Assembly: GCA_010909165.1 (NCBI GenBank)
Contig: VJWM01000318.1
Coordinates: 12,651-76,650 of the forward strand
DNA length: 64,000 nt
Direction: 5' to 3'
Source: Anthoceros angustus
Taxonomy: Eukaryota; Plantae; Anthocerotophyta
Shown here: positions 1 through 12,369 of the stretch, piece after piece
Layout: every line of letters begins with the position of its first letter
Numbering within the stretch: the stretch's first letter is position 1
Notes under the pieces: generated by a model
The model's input: only the letters and a program-made list of their open reading frames with translations
Database searches by the model: none
Told to the model about the DNA's origin: nothing
Position numbers and translations under genes: made by a program

Positions 1-1333
1 CCCTCAGAATGGAGAAGGTGTAGGGTGGTAGTGGACGTAGGGCATGGCACTCCCTACCGTAGGGTGCGAGGTGCACCCTCGCGGAGCGTGTAGGGCGGAG
101 GGGTCCTGACAGTTAAGGTAGTACGAGGGTAACAAGGGGACCCTACATAGGTAGGCGGGGTATGTATGTATATGGGAGGGCATGTAGGGATGGGTAGGGC
201 GGTGCGTGTCCTCATTGTCCCTACCGATGTAGGGAACAAGTAGGGATACGATGTAGGGAACAAGTAGGGAGACGGTAGATGGGTAGGATGTAGGGTGGCA
301 GGGGCTCCTGGGCATTAGTTAGGTAGGTAGATAGGTAGGATGAGAGTGTCTCCCCTCACCGTAGGAGTGGGTGAGGTCTTGGGCAGCGGAGGTGGGGGAC
401 ACCCTACTTGGATACAAGCGTACAAACCTAGGAAGTTGCTAAAGAGGGGGATAGGCAAGGTTGTGGATAAATAGGATATATTAGGAATAATATAGCATAA
501 ATATGTGGGGTAGGTAGTGTAGGGTGTGGCCATGCAAGCGGGGTGTGTGAGGGTGGCACCTAGGAAGCTGTGAATTACGGGAAGAGCTTGTGCATGCAGG
601 AAAGCTAGAGCAAGGACTTGGTGAACGCAGCCCGTGTGTGTGCAAGGAGAAGGAGGTGTGCGTGCATAAGGAGTTGTGTGAAGAGATTTGAAGCACAAGA
701 AGAGGGCAAGGGCGCTGAATTTTTGTGCCTAGGACCTTGCAAGTGAGGGATTTGGGCACATAAGGAGTCAGAGTGGGGACATCAAGTTTGAGCTAGGTGG
801 GACCGTGGAGTGAAGAGGAAGTAAGTGGAAAAGGGCTGAAGTTGCTCTCTTGGTGGATTTTATGTGGCGAGTGAAGAAATCTCGCACTTGTGTGTGTAGA
901 CACCGAGGTGACAACTAGGTGGAACGCAGCATGTGGGCTGCCAAGCTTGTCTTGTTTGTCGATATTTGAAGGTACAAGATGGTGAAAGCGCACCTAAGAA
1001 GCAAGTTGGTTGCTAGGAGCCAGGGAAGAGCAGATGAGATTGCAGCAGGAGGCTAGGCATCATATGGGATCCGGTATATGGAAGGCCGAGAGGATGACTC
1101 GGAGGAGGAAGAGGAAGGCATGGAGCAAGATCCGCCACGGGAGACCTTGCAAAGTGGAGAGTGTGGAGGCGGTAGGGCCATAAGAGGTTGACCCTACGTC
1201 CGTAGGAGGTGTAGAGGGTGGCCCTACATCCGTAGGATCACCGGCGCGACGGGCATCATGAGGCAATTGAAGGGGGTGGTAGCTTGGTGTGGGCTCATTG
1301 CTTGGGGAGACTTTCTTTAGAGGAGGACACGCT
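1..1333 (+). mobile_element. Family A Athila-like retrotransposon, 3' internal region (or the 5' part of a longer LTR)
   Basis: Colinear with ~7190-8480 and with the reverse complement of ~61414-62800. Ends in CTTGGGGAGAC...TTAGAGGAGG just before the LTR core. Confidence 0.75.
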
Positions 1334-2572
1334 TGTCAACCCGAGAGTGTGTTGACTAGCTAGATAGGAATGTTGACAGAGCCATTAAGGCTCACATAGG
1401 TGAAGTTTGCTAGAATAGAATTTTACCCAAGATGCTTGGATGTCGAACTTAAAGTCCGACAGGATACACTAGAATAAGTGAGGCGGCCAAGAGCGCGCCT
1501 AGGAGGCTCAGTGAGGACCTCCCTATAAAAGGAGGGAGCTTGTGAAGTAAAATTATCGTGTCTTGCGCCTCCCTACCTCATGAGTCCTTTGCTCCTTGTG
1601 AAGGAAGTTCTGCAAGCCAACGAAGGCCCGGTAGAGAGGAGTTTGCGGCGGTGAGTGCTTGGCGGAGAGCTCGCTCCTTGCGCCTCAGTTGCTCCCCAGA
1701 ATGGTGGCGTGAAATTGCTTTGCTTTGGGTGTGTGGCGATGCCCAAGGAACTCTCGGCTTGAGGGTAGACTACAGGAAAGACTCCACGGAGGTTCTCGTC
1801 GTGCAAACTCAGCAACCGCCCAAGGAAGAACTTGTTGGCTTGTAGGCGGACCCCGGTTGTGCCGTAAGGGCGAGCTAGGGCTGAGCTTGAAGTAAGGTTA
1901 GATTAGGAGAATGAGGAGTTGAGTTGAGGTGAGTGTTGAGGAGAATGTGGAGCTGAATGTTGAGTAGAGGTAGGTAGAGATTAGGAGTAAGAAGAAGGCC
2001 CAAGTCGAGCCTAAGGGAGGGGTCCCAAATGCACCAAACCGAGACCGGGCTGGGCTAAGGTCTCAAAATCACGGGTGGAGAAGTCGCTACCGTAGGGGTC
2101 CCTATGTGCGTGACGGTGGACCTACCGTAGGCGGGACCCGATCGAGGATGTCGTTGTAGGTCCAGAGTGGTGATTCGGCCGGGCGGCGGAGTGGCGTGCC
2201 GTCGGAGTTGGTGGTTGAGTGTGCCAATTGTGGGAAGGCGATGGGAAAGGAATAGTGGACGATCACGGGTGGTGAAGTCGCTGCAACGTAGGGGGTCCCT
2301 GCGTAGCCGCCGACCTACCGTGGGGTGTGGACCATAGTCGTAGGGTGTCGGTCTAGAAGCGGTGATTGACGGAGCGGCATGGTGAGGCGTGGTCTCTGTG
2401 GAGTGAGTTGAAGTTGCTCCAGTGTGAGGGAGGGGTGTGAAGAGGCGTGTGGTTTGTGCCTTGGATGTTGGTGACCGACAACAAGAGTCTCATGGGGCGA
2501 AACCTATTGTAGCGACATGGGATAAGTGTGGCCACTAGAGGGTGAATCTCAAGCCCCGGTTTTCCTCCCACA
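1334..2572 (+). repeat. LTR, family A, copy 1
   Basis: TGTCA...CCTCCCACA ends, TATA-like CCTATAAAAGG at ~1523, directly followed by a PBS. Repeated at 8481-9743 and 60190-61413 (minus). The 3' end is firm and the 5' end uncertain. Confidence 0.85.
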
Positions 2573-2576
2573 TTTT

Positions 2577-2594
2577 TGGCGCCGTTGCCGGGGA
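2577..2594 (+). promoter_or_regulatory. Primer binding site, tRNA-Asp type (Athila-like)
   Basis: TGGCGCCGTTGCCGGGGA lies 4 nt after the LTR-terminal CA and matches the classical Athila PBS. Confidence 0.92.
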
Positions 2595-4409
2595 CTCTTT
2601 GCTTTGGCAAGTCGGTAGTGGAAGAGGCATGAACATTGTTGAGAATCTCTAATCGGGGGATGAGAAGAAGAAGTTTTATTGCAGGCATAGAGAGGAGATC
2701 GCCCCCGCTGATTTTTGCAAGTGGTGTGAGAGTTGCATGACGTGTAGAGGAAGAAGCTGAGGAGAGAGCTCTTGCGGAGGAAGCTACATGTGCTAACATT
2801 TTCAAGGGTTCCATGAGGAAGAAGAGGTAGTTGTCTAAGAGGAGGAAGGTTGTGCTCACGGACAACAAGAGGAAGGAAGTTGTTGCCGAGGAGTTGCGAT
2901 CAAGGGTGAGGGTCAAGAATTCGAGCCGTTAGTAATTTCCGAGGTACATCTTCCGCTTCGCAAGAGGAAGGACTTTTCTGATTGATTCGAGCTCTTCTAG
3001 CTTGATTTTGTCGTCATAGAGGAGGAAGGCAAGAGGGTGAGATTTGGCGGTGAGAAGTTGGGGTATGAAATCTAACGCTAATATTTCGCAAGGTCTTGAT
3101 CGAATTATTGCCCAACTTGCTCCCCTTGCTTGTTAGAGGAGGAGAGGCGCTTGTGTGCCCAAGTCTGCTGTATAGTACATCCCGCTTGCAGGCAGCATTT
3201 GTTTACAGCCCGGTGTGGAATTCGCTGGGAGGTGTGCCGGTTTTGTGGACGCCCTTGACCATGATAGGAGGAAGCAGGTGGTGGGAGTCACCACCGCCCG
3301 CCAGATGTGAGATTTGGGGAGAAGAAACGAGATCACATGTTGGTCCGGGTTGAGAACTCGCTAAGGAAGAGGGGAGTCTTTGTATGATTATGTAGAGGGA
3401 TTTATGGTTACTTCAAGAGAGTACCACCACGTCCGCGGAAGTGACCTTTTCCGATAAAAGTTCGAGAAGTTCGGAGGGAATGTATGATGCTATAGAAGAC
3501 GAGAAAGTCCGGTAAGATAGCAAGGATTTCTAAGTACCTAGGTGTAGAGGAGATGGTAGAGTTGAAGAAGTTGGGGAGCAACATGTGAATGAAAGTTTTA
3601 TTTTTTGAAAACCGGAGAACGACTTGAGGCCAGATGGCGATTTCCGACGAGGAGTTGGTTGCCACAGCCCGGGTCAAGGGAGGACGTGAGCATGTTGTAG
3701 ACAGCCTAAGAATTGATCAGCAAGACTTGTTGCCAGCAGAGAGGCCAAATGAGCAAGAAGGGAGCGTTGTGCAGGAAAAGCTGCAGCAGGACAATCTGGA
3801 AATCCGAGAGAGGATAAGGGGGCGCTAGCATGGGCGCAAAGAGGAGGCTGAAATGATCCTCAAGGGTGAGCAGTCAGGAGGGCTGCAACTGGAGGCCATC
3901 ACGATGGCAAAGAAAGCAAAGACACCAGCACCGCTCAGCAACAAGGCGCCCACTTGGCGAGGTCAGAGGCCAGGCGCCATAGGGCCGCAAGGAGGAGAAG
4001 GCCCTAGGGAGGTGGACACACCAGAGGGCGAAGGAGGAGATGCGATTCATGAAAAGTTTGAGCAGAAATCGCAGAAGGGAGAGTTGGCATCTGTGGGCAA
4101 TCACTCAAAATTCACCATGGAGGTACAGCAAGGCGAGGAGGTCGCCATGGGAGCGCAAATCTGACCTGGACATGAGGCTAGGCCAACAAGAAGGGAGGAA
4201 ATCGGAACTTGGTTGGAAGGAGTCATGGGGCCGTAAAACTTGCGCATTGGCAAAGGTGGAGGAAACGGTTTTGTGAATGAGGTTGAGCATGCTGTCGTAG
4301 CAACAACGTCTAGGTTTGCTGGTAAGCGAGCTAGCAAGAGACCACAACGTTGGCAAGGATGATGGCGAAATTGCGAAGAAATCACAATTTGGAGGAAGGA
4401 GAAGTGGCA

Positions 4410-4590
4410 CACAAAAATGGTGTCGAGGAGGTGCGCTAGAGCCTGTGGAGCGAGGATGGCTCTATGGTGATGTGTATGAAGGAGGATTGTGGAGAAATCA
4501 CCTCAAGATATGCTTGCAGTGGAATTGCAAGAAGGAGCGCCGACCAATTCACGGTCGATTGGAATTGCTGCGAAAGCAGCGTAAGGAGAT
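4410..4590 (+). pseudogene. PHD-finger-like domain within pol linker (family A)
   Basis: Across frameshifts: WCRG.(C)LEP..EDGSMVMCMKEDCGEI.H..C..IARRSADQFTVDWNC.SC, which fits C4HC3 spacing with W-x-C-x2-C. Confidence 0.6.
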
Positions 4591-5339
4591 TGCTACTAGA
4601 TCGCGATCTAGGGCTAGACATGAGTCTAAAGGTCGGGAGATGGTGTACCATGATGCAGTCCACGACCAGCACGGATGCTGCGCAAGTGAGGAGAAGCTAG
4701 TTGTGAGCCGAGTTGAAGGCGGGTTGTGGCCATAGCACCAACATCCACCGTGAACAAGCTAGATGGAAACAAGCAAGGCGTGGCGGCCTAGAGGTCAAGA
4801 GCAAGTCTTGATGCCGGAAAGCCAAGGATCCGTGAAGGGGTTTTGTGCAGAGATGCAACCTAATGAATTGGGGATTCCGAGCAAGGAGAAAGGGTGAGCA
4901 GTCAAGAGGGCTGCAAGTGGAGGCCACGAAGTTGGCAAAGGGAGAAGAGAAAACGGAGAAATCGCTGAGGGACTCCACATGGCGTGTGTGGGAAGAGCGT
5001 ATGATGGAGCCTCGAGTAGGGACGGCTCGAGGATGGTGTGCATGGAAAGAAGCGGTGAAGAAAACCGCGATTCAAGGGGAGCTTGCGGAAAAGGAATTGG
5101 CGAATTCATGGGCGGCCAAGGAAGCCACTTTGTGGAGGTACGGCATGTCGAGAGTATTGTCGAGGGCGAGCTAGCTCGGGCCAGAGCCTAAGGTTATCAT
5201 GGCGGGACCACGCTGCAAGAAGAGCAAGTTGACGACGTAGGCATGGATACCGCAGCCGATGCAAGGAGCGGCGCACGGGTCATAATGTACATGGGGCTAC
5301 AGCCCGTGTCCGCTGGGGTAGCAGGAAGTGGCAAAAGTG

Positions 5340-5815
5340 CATGCAAAAGAGGTTGGAGGCCATTATTTAGTGTAAATCACGGTGAAGAAAATCTTAGATG
5401 CAAGCATTGTGGGCTTACAGAGCGGAGAAAGTGACCACCAAGAAGACTCCTATTATTTAACGTATGGGATGTCTCTGATGCCTTGAATTTGAGGTACCTA
5501 CCCAGATCATGGAGGATGAGCGTAAAATTGGAGAGTCGTGAAGTTAGACTAGAGTCTTTCATAGAGCATGAGGAATGGGAAGAGGCTTTAGAAGAAACCC
5601 AGTAATTCGTGGAGCTTAGAAAGGAGAGGCATGATGGGAATTAAAGCAAGAGGCTATCATGGCGGGATTTGGTTCTTCTATATGATATGGTTACATGGAT
5701 TTCCCAGCTTAGGACCGATCGTGGTGGCAGTATGAGAATGGATCCGCAATTACGTAGGCCGATGGGGATTTGCTACCAACTAGAGTGAATGGGTGGAAGG
5801 TTAGAAGCACCTTGA
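5340..5815 (+). pseudogene. pol: Integrase remnant (His region fused to C-terminal part; catalytic core deleted)
   Basis: VGGHY..ITVKKILDA joined to LWAYRA.EKVTTKKTP...EFEVPT...GDLVLLYD...TRVNGWKV. Confidence 0.8.
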
Positions 5816-6084
5816 GATTCGTGTTTGAGGACGCAAACAGTGAGGAGGGAGTATGTGGAACGCAAAAGTTTGGGCAACTGGTTTAAGTGAGTTGTTTTGA
5901 ACAGTCCGAATGCTTTTGATAGAAATGGTTTGGTGGAAACATGCGAGAAATGTTTTTGTTCCGATTGAAGCCGGAGTCAGGATGTCGGGAAGGCAGAGAG
6001 GATACTTAGGGAAAAGAAACGGATCAAATGACCTTCTAGTGAGGAGGTAGGAGACATGTGAAGGTGGAGATGTCCTTGGTGGGA

Positions 6085-6230
6085 GGTATCCTACCACCGT
6101 AGGAGAAACTCCTACCACGGTAGGCTAAGTGGAGAACTCCTACCCCCATAGGTATGGGTAGGAGAATGTCCCACGTAGGTGGCCCAGCTAGCGTTTGATG
6201 ACCCAACGTGGGTAGCTCCTACCACGGTCG
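6085..6230. repeat. Cluster of dyad CCTAC-N4-GTAGG motifs
   Basis: CCTACCACCGTAGG, CCTACCACGGTAGG and degenerate copies just downstream of integrase. Confidence 0.7.
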
Positions 6231-6991
6231 GAAAAGGGTGAAGGCAATTAAGCCAAGGAAGTAGCTTGAGGTTCTGCTGCTGATAGGCTTGCAGGCAAAG
6301 GCCGATTATTGGGGCCACCACCAAGTTTGAGGGGAAGGCAAAGTAATTTGCCACACGTGTGGAAGAAGTGAGACATGGGCGGTGCTCACGTTGCTGAGAT
6401 TTTGCGATGGGAGGACTGCTAGGTAGAGATGTGTGGCAAGGGTTGCTGGGAAGATGGGCCAAGTGCCGTAATGGTGGAATGCGGGATCTGCTGCGGGCTC
6501 TAGGTTGGGAGCTCGGCATGCGAGAGAGGAGCAATCGGTGCAAGGATGGGAGCGAGGAGCTCATGTTGAGGGTGAGCAGCCACAAGGGTTGCAAGAGGAG
6601 GCCATGGCGGTGAGGCACATGGAAGTGCTCAATGGAGTCACGATGGGAGGATGGCATGATAGGGCCGTGTGTTGAACTAGGAAAGGCCATGGTAGAGCAC
6701 TCACGGCTGAATTTGTAGATGGGCTGCAAGATGGAGGTGTGGCCAAACCATAGGGCGTGTTGCGGGTGGGGTGCAACATGGTGAAGGGATCACAACGGGT
6801 GTGCATCATGATGGCGGAATTTGCGTGGGGCGCAAGTCAAAGTGAAGGGAGGCCGTTGTGGTGGCGCGAGGAGAAATGGGTAGCAAGGAGGGTTGATACG
6901 AGATGTTGTTGAGGCGTGAGGAGTTCACCGGGAATAAGTTCATTTATTCGTTGAGTGTTGTGTAGCCAATTGGTGTGTTGGACAATGAAGT

Positions 6992-7040
6992 AAGAACTCC
7001 AGTTAAGCGTCCTAGGGTGGATCGATCGAGATGGGGGCCT
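6992..7040 (+). promoter_or_regulatory. 5S rRNA-derived segment (A-box/C-box region, Pol III type 1 promoter-like)
   Basis: AGAACTCCAGTTAAGCGTCCTAGGG...GATGGGG resembles plant 5S AGAACTCCGCAGTTAAGCG...GGATGGGTGACC. Confidence 0.6.
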
Positions 7041-8480
7041 TTTGTGTGAGGTGTTATATTTATTGTCACATGAGAACTAATTGGGAGAGTGTTTGGGTGG
7101 TGCACCCCTACGGAGTAGGTGTAGGGTGGCGGGCGTAGGCATGGCACTCACATGGGGAGGTGCACCCTCAAGGGGTGTAGGCGATAGGTGGCCCTACGAG
7201 AATGGAGAAGGTGTAGTGGTAGTGGGCGTGGGCATGGCACTCCCCTCCATGAGGGAGGTGCACCCCTACGGGAGGTGGCGGAGGGTACGAGTTAAGGTAA
7301 TGAGTGGGGTATGGGACTCATAGGTAGGCAGGTCCCTACATGTATGTATGTGGTGGGGCGGTGCGTAGGGATGGGTAGGGCGGTGCGTGTCCCACATGTG
7401 TATGTGTGGGGAACAAGTAGGGAACAAGTAGGGAACAAGTGGGGGCAGATGGGTGGGATGGAGGTGGGGGGGGCTCCCCTGTGGTAGGTAGGTAGATAGG
7501 TAGGATGAGTGTCTCCCTCAGTAGGAGTGGTGAGGTCTCCCTCGTGGGCAGGGAGTGGTGACATACTTGGATACTTGGCGGTCAGCAGGAAGTTGCTAAG
7601 AGGGCTGCAGGCAAGGTTGTGGATAAATGGATATAAAATAATCACATAAATATGTGGGGTGTAGTTGTGGCCATGCAAGCGGGGTGTGAGTGGCACCTAG
7701 GAAGCTGCAGTGCGAAGAGCTTGTGCATGCGGGAAAGCTAGGAGCAAGGACTTGGTGGGAAGCAGCCCATGTGTGCAAGGAGAAGGAGGTGTGCGTGCAT
7801 AAGGAGTTGTGTGTGAAGTTTGAAGCCTGTGAAGAACAAGGTGAATTTTTGTGCCTAGGACCTTGCAAGTGAGGGATTTTGGCGCATAAGGAGGTATATC
7901 GTGAGGACATCAAGTTTGAGCTAGGTGGGACTGTGGAGTGAAGAGGAAGTAAGTGGAAAAGGGCTGAAGTTGCTCTCTTGGATTTTGTGGCGAGTGAAGA
8001 AATCTCTTAATTGTGTGTAGAACCGAGGTGACAACTAGGTGGAAACGAGCATGTGGGCCCAAGCTTGTCTTGTTTGTGCAGTTATTTTGAAGGTACAAGA
8101 TGGTGGCCGCACCTAAGAAGCAAGTTGGTTGCTAGGGAGCCAGGGAAGAGGAATGCTTGAGAAGAGCGCAGGTGGAGGGGCACGGTGGGAGGAGACAGCC
8201 CAACACATCCGGTATATGGAAGGCCGTGAGGATGACTCGGAGGAGGAAGAGGAAGGCATGGAGCAAGATCCGCCACGGGAGACCTTCTTGCAAAGGTGGA
8301 GGCGTGGAGGCGGTAGGGCCATAAGAGTTGACCCTACGTCCGTAGGAGGTGTAGAGGGTGGCCCTACATCCGGATCACCAGCGGTGCGGCATCTGAGGTA
8401 ATTGAAGGGGTTGGTGGTAGCTTGGTGTGGGCTCATTGCTTGGGGAGACTTTTCTTTAGAGGAGGACAGGCATTAATGCT

Positions 8481-9743
8481 TGTCAACCCAGAGGTGTGTT
8501 GACTAGCTAGATAGGAATGTTGTGAGCCATTAAGGCTCACATAGGTGAAGTTGCTAGAATAGAATTTTACCCAAGATGCTTGGATGTCGAACTTAAAAGT
8601 CGACAATAGGATACACTAAAATAAGAAGTGAGGCGGTGCAGAGGGCGCGGAGAGGCTGTATGTGAGGACCTCCCTATAAAGGAGGAGCTTGTGAAGTAAA
8701 ATTATCGTGTCTTGCGCTCCCCTCATGAGTCCTTTGCTCCTTGTGAAGGAAGTTCGTGCCGCAAGCTACGTAATGCAGTAGAGAGGGAGTTTGCGCGTCG
8801 GAGTGCTTGGCGGGCTCGCTCCGCGCCTCTGCAGTTGCTCCTTGTGAATGGTTCTTTGAAATTGCTTTGCTTTGGGTGTGGCGATGCCCAAGGAACTCTC
8901 GGCTTGAGGGTAGACTACGGAAAGACTCCCAGGTTCTCACGTGCAAACTCATAGCAACCCCCAAGGAAGAACTTGTTGGCTTGTAGGCGGACCCAGGCGA
9001 TTGTGCCGTAAGGGCGAGCTAGGGCTGAGCTTGAAGTAAGGTTAGATTAGGAGGATGAGGAGTTGAGTTGAGGTGAGTGTTGAGGAGAATGTGGAGCTGA
9101 ATGTTGAGTAGAGGAGTAGGTAGAGATTAGAGAGAAGAAGGCCCAAGTCGAGCCTAAGGGAGGGTCCCAAATGCACCAAACCGAGACCGGAAGCTGGGCT
9201 AAGGTCTCAAAATCACGGGGTGGAGAAGTCGCGCCCGTAGGGGTCCCATGTGCGTGGTGGACCTACCGCCAGGGGCGGGACCTCTGACCAGGATGTCGTT
9301 GTAGGTCCGGGAGTGGTGATTCGGAGGCGGTCGGAGTGGGCGTGGCTGCTGTGAGTTGGTGGTTGAGGTGTGCCAATTGTGGGAAGGCGATGGGAAAGGA
9401 ATAGTGGACGATCACGGGGTGGTGAAGTCGCGTTGCAACGTGGGGGGTCCCGTGCGTGGCGTGACCCTCTTGCCGTGGGGTGTGGACCTATAGTCGTGGG
9501 GTGTCGCGTAGGTCTAGAAGCGGTGATTGACGGAGCGACATGGTGAGGCGTGGCTGCTTCATGGAGTGAGTTGAAGTTGCTCCACTGTGTGAGGGAGCTT
9601 GGGTGTGAAGAGGCGTGTGGTTTGTGCCTTGGATGTTGGTGACGACAAACAAGAGTCTCATGGGACGAAACCTATTGTACTTAGCGACAAGGATAAGTGT
9701 GGCCACTAGAGGGTGAATCTCGGAAGCCAGGGGTTTCCTCCCA
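8481..9743 (+). repeat. LTR, family A, copy 2 (3' LTR)
   Basis: Colinear with 1334-2572, ends GGTTTCCTCCCA, and no PBS follows. Confidence 0.85.
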
Positions 9744-11790
9744 AGTGATTTAGCCCCAGAGATGTAAAAAATAGGAGGAATTGGTATTCTAGTATAAGGA
9801 AATTAGGAAACTAACATCACCAAGGAGAAAGGGGCCACGTGGCACACATCCTGTATAGGTGCAGGATAGCAACAGTTACTTTTTCTAACCCTTGGGTGAC
9901 TTATAAAAGTGAAGCTGGCAGTGTGTCTGCAGATGAAGGCCATAATCAGAACTTGAGGACTCACCACAAAGAAAAGGCGCCTGGGCCATCACCTCAAGCT
10001 TCCCAAGGCTCCCATACAGCAACGCGCCTGCATACGCCCGTGCTGAGGAGGAGAAGGAGGGCGATGAGTCGCTAGCGAGGCGAAATCACGCGCCCAAGAG
10101 GAAGAAGGTAGGAAACAGGAGGAAGCAAGAAGGGAGAAGAAGGTTAAAGAACCCAACACCCTGCTGCTCGTGGAGGGTGACCCTAGGAGGGTCTGGAGCG
10201 TGGCAAGATTGCTAGAAACCTGTGAAGGGCTCCAAATTGCTGTGCGTGGTGAGTCCTGGGGAATTTCAAGAGTCAGAGGAAAAATCTGCCTCGGGACGCC
10301 AAGGTAAGGGACTGGCAAGTATGAGAGCAAGGCGGCCCGAGTGACCTTTGAGCTGTGCGGCAAGAGCAAACTGAGGAGGAGGATCCAACGCTACTAAGGA
10401 TAAGAATGCGGTTGAGCCGCAGGAACTGCCAGTGAGGACAGGCGACTCTTCTAGTCAATTCCTCTGCGGGGAGAAGGGTGACTAATTCCAAGGAGGCCAT
10501 GACCAAGCCCACCATGACCAAGGCAAGGCAGGTAGCAGCTAAGCGCGAAGGAGCATCCACCAAGGAGGGCGCGGAGCCAGCAAGAAGTCTGCTACAGGAA
10601 AAGGAGGCTTAATTCGGAGGCGTGTGAAATTTGACATGCCATTATTTGGCTGCATACTGCAGGCCAGCTGTCCTCTATGAGACCTCAGACTTTTGACCAA
10701 GCAGAGGAGAATATTCGCCAGAGCAGTAATGGGCGACATTGGTCTTGACACCAGGAAGCCTTCTGAATCTGATAGAGGAGTGCTGCTAATTTGCAGCCAG
10801 AAAGCGGCATTGAGGAACGGTCACCACGGACAGGGAACACACAGACGGAGTGGTCGACCTACCCTCGATGAGTTGGAGCCTCTGATGATAGGATGCATAC
10901 GCGTGACCAGCGTAAGGCGTCGGAGAAGGCGATAGCGCAATCAACGCTGATGGAAGGAACGAGTGGAAAGTGCTTTTGCATCACTGGATCTCTCCCAAGG
11001 GAGCCTCAATTTATGCAAGGGGCACAAGGCTAAGTCCAAGAATCCGCTGGCTGGGACGGACCAAAAGTCTTGGACGCCCAAGTGAGATTGTTCATACAAG
11101 AATTGTTTTGGGCTTGGTGAGCAATCCAGCGTGTCATTTCAGCACTACCTTCCATTTTCTATGGAAGATCAGCGGTCAAGGAGTTGGGTCGGATTGGGGT
11201 TTATCATGTATGAAGCATACACCTACCACCGGAGAAGTTGGGTTGGAACCGTCACCATCGCTACGATGAAGATAAAGTTACCAATTGGTCAGGCTATCTT
11301 AGCACTTATCTAGTGCATTTAGGAATGGGAAGGATAGAGGGCTACCTACAAGTAAGGAGTTGGATGATTCCAAGCATCCATGGCAGATATTGCTAGAATA
11401 GTACTTACACCAGGAGATTGTGGAGTAGACTTGGTGCTTTAGCGCCTAAATCTTTGGAGGTGCCGGGCAAGACCAATTGGGACATTATTGGGCCGAAGGA
11501 ATCAAAGATAGGCCTGCAGGATGCAGGAGGACTTGCAAGGAGGAAGTTGCAGGGGGTTTTGAAGCTTGGACCATGGAGGATGTGAGATGGAAGTTGCAGG
11601 ATAGATCCTACCATGGCGGTGAAGTCATCACAGGGTGGGAGGTATTCCCATACGTTGGTTTGTGACCCCTTTGCTCCTCATGTACAAGACCCACGTCTGC
11701 ATTGTGAACTAGTCGTCACAGTAGAGAGGAAGTAGTCCTACTATGGTCAGAGCTTGGTAAGGGAACTTGCTCACTACTGCAAGTGCCTAA
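9744..11790 (+). pseudogene. Diverged remnant of family-B-type accessory ORF and its promoter
   Basis: Colinear with 12720-14500 (KFDMPLF, IVLGLVSNP, YLSTYLVHL blocks) but more diverged. Family A appears inserted here. Confidence 0.7.
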
Positions 11791-12215
11791 GCAAGTGCTC
11801 CTTGTGGGAATCGAGAATTCTTTGTGGAAATTGCTTTTACTTTGGGTGTGTGTAAAATGCCCAAGTGACTCTAAACGAGGGTAGTTCTGAGCCCATCATA
11901 GGAACTCGGATGTAAGAGGTTCTCCCAAGGAGTCACAAAGGTGTCAAACTCATAGCCACGTAAGGAAGAACTTCTTTGGAGTGGTGGATGCGGACCCAGG
12001 GCGGTTGTGCTTGGTAGAGTGATCGAAAAGCCGATGTGACGAGTTAGACTAGGAGAGTTAGAATTCTTGAGGAGGATGAGGAGATGAGTAGAGGGGACCT
12101 CAAGAGGTGTAGGAAAGTTAGTGGGGGCACCTGGTGAGTATGGGCGAATCCATAAACCCAGTCTGCACGAGGATGTTATGGAGGATGGAGCAGCTCTGGC
12201 CACAGGTGGAGAGTT
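11790..12215 (+). repeat. Internal fragment of a related LTR (family C-like)
   Basis: AAATTGCTTT..TTTGGGTGTG, CAAACTCATAGCC and GGAAGAACTTCTTTGG blocks are shared with the LTR at 49984-51046. Confidence 0.55.
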
Positions 12216-12369
12216 TGGGTCTTTGCTAGAAATGGTTTGGTGAAGACATGCAAGGAAATTTTTGCTCCTTTTGAGCGGAGTTGTAGGACCATGTCGGGAA
12301 GGCAGAGGATATGCAGGGAAAAGAAACGGGTCAAAACGACCTTTGGTGAGGAGAAAAGGTAACCTACAT

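Larger units (their letters stand above)
1334..9743 (+). mobile_element. Non-autonomous Athila-like Ty3/gypsy element, family A (LTR-PBS-internal-LTR)
   Basis: Two LTRs and a PBS. Internal remnants: RT N-terminus (KSGKIARISKYLGVEE, ~3500-3580) fused to the RNase H tail, linker modules with a PHD, and the integrase C-terminus (~5340-5815). Confidence 0.85.

Noticed and set aside
2577-2594. tRNA gene
   Set aside because: Only the 18-nt complement of a tRNA 3' end is present, i.e. a PBS.
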